Part shown: one piece after another, positions 47,928 through 57,318 of the stretch
How the letters are laid out: the number at the start of each line of letters is the position of its first letter
Numbering within the stretch: the stretch's first letter is position 1
Source of the DNA: Gammaproteobacteria bacterium
GTDB lineage: Bacteria > Pseudomonadota > Gammaproteobacteria > Pseudomonadales > Halieaceae
Assembly (NCBI GenBank): GCA_024742415.1
Contig: JANSYN010000010.1
Coordinates: 39,251 to 103,250 of the forward strand
Length of the DNA: 64,000 nt
Direction: 5' to 3'
Made by a program: the position numbers and the translations under genes
Notes under the pieces: model-generated
Database searches by the model: none
Told to the model about the DNA's origin: nothing
What the model saw: the letters and a program-made list of their open reading frames with translations, nothing else

Positions 47928-49028
47928 ATGGTGGACATCAAGGACGGGGCAAGTTATGCGCCCACAGCGGCGGCCAGGAAGGTGGTTACCAGGGGCGAGT
48001 TTGTGTTTGCTGCGGCGTTTCTTGACCACGGCCACATCTACGGCCAGACCAACGGCCTGCGTGACGCCGGAGCCCACCTCAAGTGGGTATACGATCCGGA
48101 TCCGGCGCGCCTGGAAAAGTTCGTGCAAACCTACCCCGGCGTGCAGGTTGCGCCGAGCTTTGACTGCATCTTACAGGACGCCCAGGTGCAGCTGGTGGCG
48201 AGCGCCGCAGTACCTGACCAGCGCGCCCGCGTTGGCCTGCAGGTGTTGCAACACGGCAAGGACTACTTCACCGATAAATCGCCCTTTACTGAGCTGTCGC
48301 AGCTCGAGCAAGTGCAGGCGGTGGTTGACCAGACCAATGGTAAATACCTTGTTTACTACGCAGAGCGCGTGCACAACGATGCCGCATGGCAGGCCGGTGA
48401 GATGATCAAGGACGGTGCGATCGGCCAGGTCCTGCAGGTGTTGAACCTGGCGCCGCATCGCCTGGCGAAAGCAACGCGACCTGACTGGTTTTTTGACAAG
48501 GCGCGCTATGGCGGCATCATTACCGATATTGGCTCACACCAGGTGGAACAGTTTCTCACCTATGCCGGTTGTGCAGCAGCCAGTGTGAATTTTGCGCGGG
48601 TCGAAAATTTCGGCCACCCCGACAAGCCCGGCTTTGAGGATTTTGGCGAGTTTTCGCTCACGGGCGACAACGGCGCGTCGTTTTATAGCCGGGTTGACTG
48701 GTATACCCCCGAGGGCCTGCGCGCCTGGGGTGATGGACGTACCTTTATCGTGGGCACGCAGGGCACTTTGGAGCTGCGCAAGTATCTTGATGTCGCGCGT
48801 CAGGCGCCGGCATCCAAACTGTTGTTGGTCGATGGCGCAGGTGAACAGGAAATCGACTGTCTCGGGCAGACGGGCTTTCCTTTCTTTGGCCAGTTGATCC
48901 TCGACTGCCTGCAGCGCAGCGAACAGGCGATGACGCAGGCGCACGCCTTTGCAGCCGCGCGACTGAGTATGCAGGCGCAGGCTGTGGCAGACGCCAGGGC
49001 GACCGCGACCGTAGGCGCAGCGCAGTAA
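47928..49028 (+). CDS. Gfo/Idh/MocA family oxidoreductase
   Basis: LDHGHIYG, GKDYFTDKSP, RPDWFFDK.RYGGIITDIGSHQ.EQFL and WGDGRTFI.GT.GT.E.RK. Confidence 0.88.
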   Translation: MVDIKDGASYAPTAAARKVVTRGEFVFAAAFLDHGHIYGQTNGLRDAGAHLKWVYDPDPARLEKFVQTYPGVQVAPSFDCILQDAQVQLVASAAVPDQRARVGLQVLQHGKDYFTDKSPFTELSQLEQVQAVVDQTNGKYLVYYAERVHNDAAWQAGEMIKDGAIGQVLQVLNLAPHRLAKATRPDWFFDKARYGGIITDIGSHQVEQFLTYAGCAAASVNFARVENFGHPDKPGFEDFGEFSLTGDNGASFYSRVDWYTPEGLRAWGDGRTFIVGTQGTLELRKYLDVARQAPASKLLLVDGAGEQEIDCLGQTGFPFFGQLILDCLQRSEQAMTQAHAFAAARLSMQAQAVADARATATVGAAQ

Positions 49029-49723
49029 TGTCGCAGCCGGACGAAAAAATTCAGCGCCTGTACCTTAAGCTGGCCCAGCAGTTGAGCGAGCGCATCGCGC
49101 GCGGCGATTACCCTGTGGGCGAACGCCTGCCCTCGGAACGTGACCTGGCGGCACAGTTTGGTGTCAGTCGCCCAACGGTGCGTGAGGCGATTATTGCGCT
49201 GGAGATCGCCGGCCTGGTGGATGTGCGCATAGGGTCGGGGGTGTACGTGCAAGAGCAGCGTGCGTCCCAGGCAGCGCTGCTGGAGGTGCAGGGCCCCGGC
49301 CCCTTTGAAATTCTCGATGCGCGCAAACTGATAGAAGGCGAGACCTGCGCACTGGCGGCGCAGCACGCCAGCGAGCAACAGCTCCAGGCCCTGCAGGCGG
49401 TTGTGGACGAAATGACCGAGGAAAACCGACGCGAGGCGGTGACAGAGCGCGCCGACGAGCACTTTCACTGGCTCATTGCACAGGCTGCGGGCAACAGTGC
49501 GCTGGCTGCCACCGTACACTGGCTGTGGCAGTTGCGCAGCCAATCTGGCATCAGTGCGCATTTTCAGCAGCGCGTTCGCGCTGAAGGCATACGACCCATC
49601 GTGGAGGACCACCAGGCCATCATCGATGCCCTGGTAAGGCGCGATGCAGCTGCAGCACGCATCGCCATGCAGGCGCACCTGCAACGGGTAGCCGACCACT
49701 TACTGGAGGTCATGCAACCATGA
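49028..49723 (+). CDS. GntR/FadR family regulator (ExuR/UxuR-like)
   Basis: GERLPSERDLA.QFGVSRPTVREA HTH plus an FCD domain (DEHFH..IA.AAGN). Confidence 0.92.
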   Translation: MSQPDEKIQRLYLKLAQQLSERIARGDYPVGERLPSERDLAAQFGVSRPTVREAIIALEIAGLVDVRIGSGVYVQEQRASQAALLEVQGPGPFEILDARKLIEGETCALAAQHASEQQLQALQAVVDEMTEENRREAVTERADEHFHWLIAQAAGNSALAATVHWLWQLRSQSGISAHFQQRVRAEGIRPIVEDHQAIIDALVRRDAAAARIAMQAHLQRVADHLLEVMQP

Positions 49724-51141
49724 GTCTGCACCCGGATCGCCTGTTCGCGAGCTGTCCGCAGCAGCGGGCGCTGGCGCGTGAACTGTACGAGGCGGTCAAG
49801 GCGCTGCCGATTGTCAGTCCGCACGGCCACACCGATGCGCGCTGGTTCGCTGACAACCGCGCGTTTCCCAATGCCACTACATTGTTACTACAGCCCGACC
49901 ACTACTTGTTGCGCATGCTCTACAGTCAGGGCGTGAGCTTGTCGGCACTGGGTATTGCGCCACTCGACACAGCGGCTGCCGGCGCGCCGCGGGCGAGTAT
50001 CGCCGACCCTGAGCAGGCCTGGCTGTGCTTTGCTGACCACTACCACCTGTTTCGCGGCACGCCCACGCAGCAATGGATGGACCACGTCTTTAGCGAAGTG
50101 TTCGACCTGCCCGAGCGATTTTGCGCCGACAACGCCCGTGAATTCTACGCCGCGATCAACCGCGCCCTGGCCACACCGGCGTTTTTGCCGCGCGCGCTGT
50201 TTGAGCGCTTCAATATAGAGGTGCTGGCCACGACGGAGTCTCCCCTTGACACACTGCAGGCCCATCAGCGCCTGCGTGATGACCCCTGGCGCGGCAGAGT
50301 CATCACGGCGTTTCGGCCCGACCCGGTGCTGGACCCGGATTACGAGGGCTTTGCCGACAACATCCTGAAAATGGAGCAGCTCAGTGGTATTGCCTGCGAT
50401 ACCTGGCGCGGTTATCTGCAGGCGCTGCGTGAGCGGCGCCAGTTCTTTCGCAGCCTCGGTGCAACGTCAACCGACCATGGCCATCCGACACCGTTTACTG
50501 CCGACCTGCCACTGGCACAGTGTGAAACACTGTACGCTGGCGCCCTGGCGGGCTCGCTGTGTGCCGCAGATGCCGAGCTGTTTCGCGGACAGATGCTGCT
50601 GGAAATGGCGCAGATGTCACTGGACGATGGCCTGGTCATGCAGATCCATCCCGGCGTGTATCGCAACCATAACCCCAGTCTGTTCGCACATTACGGGCGT
50701 GATCGTGGTGCCGATATTCCCGGTGCTACCGAGTATGTACGCAACCTCAAGCCGCTGCTGGATAAAGTCGGCAACAACGCCGACTTCACATTGATACTGT
50801 TTACCCTGGACGAGGCCACCTACGCACGAGAACTGGCGCCCCTGGCGGGACACTACCCTGCGGTGCGCCTCGGCCCCCCGTGGTGGTTCCACGACAGCCC
50901 GGAAGGCATGTTGCGCTATCGCCAGCAGACCAGCGAGACAGCGGGTTTCTACAATACCGCCGGGTTCAATGACGACACGCGCGCGTTCCTGTCGATTCCA
51001 GCGCGGCACGACATGGCGCGGCGTATGGACTGCCGCTTTCTTGCGCAATGGGTGAGTGAGCATCGCCTGTGCATGGACGACGCACACGCCCTGGCGCGGG
51101 ATCTGGCAGGTGATCTTGCGCGCAAGGCCTACAGGCTGTAA
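49720..51141 (+). CDS. uxaC: Uronate (glucuronate) isomerase
   Basis: PIVSPHGH, PDHY..RMLYSQG, TDHGH, MQIHPG..RNHN, GPPWWF.DS and FNDDTRAF.SIPARHD. Confidence 0.96.
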   Translation: MSLHPDRLFASCPQQRALARELYEAVKALPIVSPHGHTDARWFADNRAFPNATTLLLQPDHYLLRMLYSQGVSLSALGIAPLDTAAAGAPRASIADPEQAWLCFADHYHLFRGTPTQQWMDHVFSEVFDLPERFCADNAREFYAAINRALATPAFLPRALFERFNIEVLATTESPLDTLQAHQRLRDDPWRGRVITAFRPDPVLDPDYEGFADNILKMEQLSGIACDTWRGYLQALRERRQFFRSLGATSTDHGHPTPFTADLPLAQCETLYAGALAGSLCAADAELFRGQMLLEMAQMSLDDGLVMQIHPGVYRNHNPSLFAHYGRDRGADIPGATEYVRNLKPLLDKVGNNADFTLILFTLDEATYARELAPLAGHYPAVRLGPPWWFHDSPEGMLRYRQQTSETAGFYNTAGFNDDTRAFLSIPARHDMARRMDCRFLAQWVSEHRLCMDDAHALARDLAGDLARKAYRL

Positions 51142-51188
51142 TCCGCTGATGTGCCTGCCGATGCCGAGCCCCTGTTTGCCGTGGTGTT

Positions 51189-52643
51189 ATGCCTAGACTG
51201 TCTCCCGACACGCTGTGTGACGTAGCCCCCGAGGTACGCTTGCCAGCCTACGCGCGCGAGGCGGTGGGTGCGGGCATTGTGCACCTGGGCATAGGCGCAT
51301 TCCATCGCGCGCACCAGGCGCTGTATACCGACGAGCTACTGGCACGACACGGCGGTGACTGGGGCATCATTGGCGTGTCGTTGCGCAGCGCTTGCGTAGC
51401 GCAGCAGTTGCAGCCGCAGGCCGGTTTGTACTCGCTGCTGAGCGTCGATGCGCAGGGTCAGTCGCTGCGTGTCATCGGCGCCGTGCAGTCGGTACTGGTT
51501 GCCACCCGTGAGCCCGACGCCTTGGTGGCTGCCATTGCCGATCCCGCCATACAGGTGATTACGCTCACGATTACCGAGAAGGGCTACTGTATTGGTGCGG
51601 ATGGTCGCTCGCTGAATACCCGCCATGCCGATGTTGCCCATGATTTGCGCAATCCTGGCCACCCGCGCACGGCGCTGGGGTTTCTTGCGCTGGGTTTGCA
51701 TCGTCGAATGGCGCATGGCGGATCTGCACTGACGCTGCTCAGTTGTGACAACCTGGCACAGAACAGTCGCGTGTTGCGCGCGGTGTTGATCGATTACCTG
51801 CAGCGTACCTGGCCCGAGGTTGTGACATGGCTGGAACAGCGCGTGCGCTTTCCCTGCAGTGTGGTCGATCGCATTGTGCCTGCCATGACGGCAGCGCATC
51901 GTGAGCAGCAGGAGCAGGCGCTGGGTCTGTGCGATGCGGGTGCTGTTGCGGCAGAGCCGTTTTGCCAGTGGATTATTGAAGATGATTTTGCCGCGGCCCG
52001 GCCGCCCTGGGACGTCGCTGGTGCGCAGTTTGTGGACAGCGTTGCGCCCTATGAAGCGATCAAGCTGCGCCTGCTCAATGCCAGTCATAGTGCGATCGCC
52101 TGCCTCGGGCTGTTGGTCGGTGCGCAGACCGTCGATGCGGTCATGGCGCAGGCACCCCTGCGCGGTTTTATTGATGGGCTGATGACGCGCGAATTGATGC
52201 CCACGCTGCAGGTGCCGGCGCATTTCGATCTTGCGGCCTACAAAGACACCTTGTTACAACGTTTTGATAACCCCTGGCTGGCACATCGTTGCGCGCAGAT
52301 AGCGATGGACAGCAGCGAAAAAATTGCCCAGCGCTGGCTGCCCACGCTGCAAATTTCGCTGTCACCGGCACTGGTCGCGGCGCTTAGCCTGTGGTGCGCC
52401 ATGATGCTATTGACGGATACCGATGTGGAGGATTCGCAGGCAGGGCCGCTGTTACGCGCCCGTGCTTCGGGGGCAGCGCTGGCGCAGCGTATTGGCGATG
52501 TCCTGGCGTGTGCGCGCATAACGCCAGCAAGCGTTGCAGATTTTGATCATCTGCTGGCGATGCTGGTACGAAACCTCGACAACTACCAGCGCTGCGGCGT
52601 GTCCGGTGTGCTGGATGCGCCTGCCTCCCGGGCAACGGCCTAG
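51189..52643 (+). CDS. uxuB: D-mannonate oxidoreductase / mannitol dehydrogenase family
   Basis: IVHLGIGAFHRAHQA, TITEKGY, LSCDNL, VDRIVP, EPF.QW.IED, KLRLLNASHS and RFDNP.L.H...QIAMD. Confidence 0.88.
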   Translation: MPRLSPDTLCDVAPEVRLPAYAREAVGAGIVHLGIGAFHRAHQALYTDELLARHGGDWGIIGVSLRSACVAQQLQPQAGLYSLLSVDAQGQSLRVIGAVQSVLVATREPDALVAAIADPAIQVITLTITEKGYCIGADGRSLNTRHADVAHDLRNPGHPRTALGFLALGLHRRMAHGGSALTLLSCDNLAQNSRVLRAVLIDYLQRTWPEVVTWLEQRVRFPCSVVDRIVPAMTAAHREQQEQALGLCDAGAVAAEPFCQWIIEDDFAAARPPWDVAGAQFVDSVAPYEAIKLRLLNASHSAIACLGLLVGAQTVDAVMAQAPLRGFIDGLMTRELMPTLQVPAHFDLAAYKDTLLQRFDNPWLAHRCAQIAMDSSEKIAQRWLPTLQISLSPALVAALSLWCAMMLLTDTDVEDSQAGPLLRARASGAALAQRIGDVLACARITPASVADFDHLLAMLVRNLDNYQRCGVSGVLDAPASRATA

Positions 52644-52735
52644 GTGGCTTGTTGGGGAGTCGCCGCCAGATACGCCATACTTGGGCAACGTGTGTGGCGC
52701 GTAATAATGAAACCAAAAACAAGTGAGAGAACCGC

Positions 52736-55700
52736 GTGATAAAAAAACTCGCCACCGTGGGTGGACTGCTCGTACTGGTACTCATCGCCTGGCGCTTGCT
52801 GGGTGTGACCGAGGCGCCGACGTTCGTGCCCGAGGAGGGCTACACCGCACTGTATGACGGTCGCTCCCTGGCGGGTTGGCAAGTGGTCGGCGGTGGCGCA
52901 ACGTTCAGTGCGCAGGGCGAATCGATTGTCGGCCGTGTCGGGCCAGGAGAGAACACCTTCCTGCGTACGCAAGCAACCTTCGGCGATTTTTCCCTGAAGC
53001 TGCAGATGCGCTGGGATGAACCGGGTAACTCCGGCGTCATGTTTCGCGCCAACCAGCGTGGCGGTGACGGCCGGACCTACGGCTACCAGTATGAGCTGGA
53101 TGCCTCAGATCGCGCCTGGAGTGGCGGCATCTATGACGAGGCGCGCCGTGGCTGGCTGGCCAACCTGGAAAATAACGCCGCGGCGCGTGAGGCAATTCGG
53201 CTCGATGACTGGAACGATGTGGAGATCCAGGCACGCGGTGCCAGCTTGCAAACCTGGATTAACGGCGTGCCCGCCGCCGATATCGTTGACGGCCTGGATG
53301 CAAGGGGCTTTATTGCCCTGCAGGTACACAGCGGTAGCACCGGCGTGATGCGCTGGCGCCACATCCAGATCAAGGAATTACCCCCGACGCTGGTCGCCGG
53401 AGACAGCCTCGTGAGCGCTGCTGAATGGCGTGACGTGCCCGCCGGGATCAGCTTTGACAACAGCGCCATTCGCGGGCCCTCGCTTGCCCGGGACGAGTTG
53501 CTGGTATCTCGCCGCTTGTTCAATGACGCCATGATCCGAATGACGGTGCCCGCCTGTGAGCAGCCGACCATCGTACAACTGCGCCATCGCCTGGATAGCA
53601 GCACAGATGAGGCAGGTTTTGCCGAAGTGCGCATTTTTTCTGATCGTGCGCAGGCCAGGCTGGTCACGCGCGCGGGCGAGCGGCTGATGGACCCCATCCA
53701 GTTGCCGGCAGGCACCACGCATGAGTTTGTGGGTCTGACGCGCGAAGGCGAAGTGGCGTTGACCATTGGTGAGCAGGACGCTTTGCGCATCAGCGGTGCG
53801 GCGCTGCACGACCGCGGGCAGCTGCGTGTGCACCCCGCGCGCTGCGGCCAGGACTTCGTGATTGACGACCTGGCCTGGTACTCACTCAAACGCACCAGCG
53901 CAGAGCCCCTGTTTTACCAGACGCTTGAGGTACCGCCCGCACCGGTGCTGACGCCCGAGCAGGCCTTGCAGTCCTTTCACCTTGCGCCGGGCTTTGAGAT
54001 TGAACTGGTAGCGGCCGAGCCGCTGGTGGAAGACCCGGTCGCCATGGCCTGGGATGAGTATGGCCGGCTGTACGTGGTGGAGATGCGCGGTTACATGCCC
54101 GATGCCTATGGTACGGGTTCGCAGGAGCCGGTGGGGCAGGTCGTGCGCCTGGAAGATACTGACGGCGATGGTCGTATGGATACCAGCGAAGTTTTCCTCG
54201 GGCAGCTGGTCAACCCGCGTGCGGTCGCGGTGGTGAACGAGGGCATTTTGATTGGCGAACCGCCCAACCTGTGGCTGTGTGAACTGCCCGCGCACGATGC
54301 CCTGTGTACCAGCAAGCGACGTGTCGGCGGCTATGCCACCAACGTCGATACGGCCAATGTGGAGCACATGGAAAACGGCCTGCTGCCGGGGCTGGATAAC
54401 TGGCTCTACAACGCCAAATCCGATCGCCGATTGCGCCTTGTGGATGGAGCAATCGTTGCGCAGCAGGGTGTGAATCGTGGCCAGTGGGGCATTACCAAAG
54501 ACAACCTGGGGCGGCTGTTGTACAACCACAACTCAACGTGGGTGCAGGCGGATTTGTTTCAGGCTGAAGATATCGTCCTTCCCGATCGCAAAACCCCGGC
54601 CAGGGGAGTGGGCGTTAACCTGACCCCGCAGCCGGAAGTGTTTTCAGTACGCGTGAACCCGGGCGTAAACCGCGCGTATCTCGACGGGACCCTGCGTGAG
54701 GATGGGCGCCTGAATCGAACCACCGGCGTGAGCGGCCTGGTGGCCTATCGTGGTGACCAGTTTCCCGCGCGTTATGCCGGCGATGTGTTTGTGCCGGAAT
54801 CCGCCGGCAACGTGGTGGCGCAGTTTGCCGTGCAGCCCAGCGGTATGTCGCTGCAGGCACAGCAGCGCCTGTACCCGGATACCACCTGGGGCCAGCGCGA
54901 CTTTCTGGGGTCTACCGATGAACGCTTCCGTCCGGTGGATGCCAGCAACGGTCCGGACGGTGCCCTGTACATCATCGATATGTATCGCGGCATTATCCAG
55001 GATGACCACTTCCTGACGGACGAACTGCGCGAACAGATTTTCCAGCGCGGCCTGGATGCCCCCGTTGGTATGGGTCGCATCTGGCGAGTGCGTCACAGTG
55101 AAGGGGCCGAACGTTCCGCTGCGCCGGTGCTGGCTACTGCAAGCGATGCGCAGCTCGTTGCGGCGCTGTCGCATGGCAATGGCTGGGTGCGAGATACCGC
55201 ACAGCGGCTGTTGCTGGCCCGCGGTGACGCGGTGACCGGGCCACTGGCTGCGGTGGCGCGCACGGGTGAACAGCTGGCGGCGCTGCATGCACTGTGGACG
55301 CTGCACGGTCGCCACGAGCTCGATGCTGGCCTGGTGCAGTCGCTGCTTGGCCGCACCGATGAGCCACAGCTGCAGGTCAACGCCTTGCGTGCCGGCGCCA
55401 CGTTGTTGAGTGATGAGGCATTGCTGGCGCTGGAGCCGCTAACAAGGACACAGGAGAGTGTCGCCATGCAATGGGCTTTTGCGCTGTCGGGCAGGGCGCA
55501 GAACCCTCAGGTGCGCGCAGCCCTGGTGCGACTGCTGGAAGGTCACTGGGACAGCCCCTTCGTGAACCAGGCGGTAGTGCGTGCGGTGTATGGCCATGAA
55601 ACTGCGTTTTTGCAGGATGTGCTGCGCTCAGGTGTTGCAGATACACGTGGCAAGCCGCGCGTGGCCCTGTTGCGTGAGTTGGGTAGCAATGCCTACCTGA

Positions 55701-56653
55701 CCCTGCGCGGGGACCTCACGGCGACTGCTGCGGCGAATCCGCAGTTGACTGGCCTGCTCGAGCTGATCCAGTCACGCGCGGGAGCGCTGGCGTGGCAGCA
55801 GGTCGCCTTGCTTCAGGGCCTGAATCGCGTTGCCGACAGTGCCGGGTTTGTGCCGGCTGCGCTGGACGCGGCGCCCCCCATTTTTGCGGATGCGACGATC
55901 GGTGAAGACAACCCACTGTACAAGGCGCGCCTGGCAGGACGCCGTGCCTTCACCTGGCCGGGGGATGAACTGGCGCTGGGCATCACGCCACTGAGTCCCG
56001 AACAACTTAAATTACAGCAGCAGGGCGAGGCCTTTTATGTGCAATGTGCCGCCTGTCATGGCGATGATGGCAAGGGCATCAGCGGCCTGGCGCCGGCCCT
56101 GGCCGGGGCATCCTGGGTGACCGGCCCGCCGGAATGGCTCGGCCGCATTATCCTGCAGGGTCTGAAGGGGCCTATCGAGGTGAACGGCGAGGTCTTTGAT
56201 GGCGTCATGCCGGGGCATGGGCACCTGCCTGCCCTGGATGACGCAACGCTGGCGGGCCTGATGACGTATCTGCGCCGTAGTTGGGGTAATCGCGCCAACC
56301 CGGTGAGTGTGGCAGCGGCGGCGCAGATTCGGCAGTCCAGCGCGGATCGACAATCTCCCTGGACCGCCAGCGAACTGCAGGCGGTGGCCTATGACCGTGG
56401 CTACGCGCGTTTCGTGGGCCAATACAAGATCAGCTTCGTGACCTTTACGGTGACGCAGGAGCCCGATGGCCTGCACATGTCGGTGCCGATGTACGGCGCC
56501 GGCAAGTTAGAGCCACTGTCCGATACGCGCTTTGGCGCGGTTGCCGGCGGTGAGAAGGTCGAGGTGGAATTTGTGGTTGAAGACGACGGCAGCGTCGACA
56601 CGATGATCCTGCTGCGCCAGGGTGAACGCATTCCGGTGCCGCGCAAGGGGTAG
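52736..56653 (+). CDS. DUF1080 + PVC-type membrane-bound-dehydrogenase propeller + HEAT repeats + cytochrome c fusion protein
   Basis: N-terminal TM; DUF1080 motifs (GNSGVMFRA, WNDVEI, GFIALQVH); FHLAPGFEIELVAAEP..DPVAMAWD..GRLYVVEM; RFRPV....GPDGALYI.DMY; LSH.NGWVRDTAQRLL; CAACH...VMPG. Confidence 0.85.
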   Translation: MIKKLATVGGLLVLVLIAWRLLGVTEAPTFVPEEGYTALYDGRSLAGWQVVGGGATFSAQGESIVGRVGPGENTFLRTQATFGDFSLKLQMRWDEPGNSGVMFRANQRGGDGRTYGYQYELDASDRAWSGGIYDEARRGWLANLENNAAAREAIRLDDWNDVEIQARGASLQTWINGVPAADIVDGLDARGFIALQVHSGSTGVMRWRHIQIKELPPTLVAGDSLVSAAEWRDVPAGISFDNSAIRGPSLARDELLVSRRLFNDAMIRMTVPACEQPTIVQLRHRLDSSTDEAGFAEVRIFSDRAQARLVTRAGERLMDPIQLPAGTTHEFVGLTREGEVALTIGEQDALRISGAALHDRGQLRVHPARCGQDFVIDDLAWYSLKRTSAEPLFYQTLEVPPAPVLTPEQALQSFHLAPGFEIELVAAEPLVEDPVAMAWDEYGRLYVVEMRGYMPDAYGTGSQEPVGQVVRLEDTDGDGRMDTSEVFLGQLVNPRAVAVVNEGILIGEPPNLWLCELPAHDALCTSKRRVGGYATNVDTANVEHMENGLLPGLDNWLYNAKSDRRLRLVDGAIVAQQGVNRGQWGITKDNLGRLLYNHNSTWVQADLFQAEDIVLPDRKTPARGVGVNLTPQPEVFSVRVNPGVNRAYLDGTLREDGRLNRTTGVSGLVAYRGDQFPARYAGDVFVPESAGNVVAQFAVQPSGMSLQAQQRLYPDTTWGQRDFLGSTDERFRPVDASNGPDGALYIIDMYRGIIQDDHFLTDELREQIFQRGLDAPVGMGRIWRVRHSEGAERSAAPVLATASDAQLVAALSHGNGWVRDTAQRLLLARGDAVTGPLAAVARTGEQLAALHALWTLHGRHELDAGLVQSLLGRTDEPQLQVNALRAGATLLSDEALLALEPLTRTQESVAMQWAFALSGRAQNPQVRAALVRLLEGHWDSPFVNQAVVRAVYGHETAFLQDVLRSGVADTRGKPRVALLRELGSNAYLTLRGDLTATAAANPQLTGLLELIQSRAGALAWQQVALLQGLNRVADSAGFVPAALDAAPPIFADATIGEDNPLYKARLAGRRAFTWPGDELALGITPLSPEQLKLQQQGEAFYVQCAACHGDDGKGISGLAPALAGASWVTGPPEWLGRIILQGLKGPIEVNGEVFDGVMPGHGHLPALDDATLAGLMTYLRRSWGNRANPVSVAAAAQIRQSSADRQSPWTASELQAVAYDRGYARFVGQYKISFVTFTVTQEPDGLHMSVPMYGAGKLEPLSDTRFGAVAGGEKVEVEFVVEDDGSVDTMILLRQGERIPVPRKG

Positions 56654-56758
56654 CCGGTTAGCCCGATGACCGTGCGCTGGTTCCGCGGGCAACAGCTGCA
56701 GGGGGCCAGGACAGAGTGGGTGTCTTGTGCTGTGTCACCCGCACACCACGGCCTGCGC

Positions 56759-57115
56759 TCAAGGCGGTGTTGGTGAGTGTCTGGCCAGCAGTACGCCGGA
56801 CCACAGCGCAACAAGGGCCAGGCCGCCGATCTCGCGGGCTTCTTCAATGGCGCGGGTGCGCATGCCCAGCGATGCGAATACCTCGCTCCAGCTTACCGTG
56901 CCGGCAAGGCCAGGCAGCAGGGTGGCGATCCAGGCAAGGCTGGTCAGCAGCAGTGCCAGCGGCACCCAGCGGGCGAGTTTTCTGCGATACTGCGCCGCGC
57001 ACATGAGCGCAGCCGCCAGATAGAGGGCGATCCAGTGTGCCGCGTCGGCGTCGTTGACCTGCACCGCAGCACACAGCAGGTAGGCGAGCAGAAAAATGCT
57101 GTTCAACAGGGTCAT
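56759..57115 (-). CDS. TMEM220-like small membrane protein
   Basis: AAVQVNDAD...WIALY and C-terminal EEAREIGGL; 4 TM segments. Confidence 0.75.
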   Translation of the reverse strand: MTLLNSIFLLAYLLCAAVQVNDADAAHWIALYLAAALMCAAQYRRKLARWVPLALLLTSLAWIATLLPGLAGTVSWSEVFASLGMRTRAIEEAREIGGLALVALWSGVLLARHSPTPP

Positions 57116-57318
57116 CGGCGATCGTGCCACCAGCGCAGTGTACATAGCCCAGGGATGGCCATTGTAGCGCATGCCAGCGCCGCGCAGGGTGTGTCGTTGT
57201 GCCGCGGCGTTGGACGACCCGCGCCCGCTGAACCGCAGTGCGACCAGCGGCTTGCGCGCGAGCAATCCGGGCACTGCAATAACCTTTAAGAACCAACAGG
57301 ATCACACAGCAAATCGAC

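Noticed and set aside
46755-48128. Long antisense ORFs (457 aa here; also 4825-5970, 27362-28150, 32849-33919, 58880-59971)
   Set aside because: They are shadows of well-supported genes in GC-rich DNA with no recognisable motifs.
57116-57318. Cobalamin riboswitch upstream of the BtuB-like receptor
   Set aside because: I could not find B12-box or other conserved riboswitch elements in this short divergent region. An Rfam/Infernal scan would be decisive.
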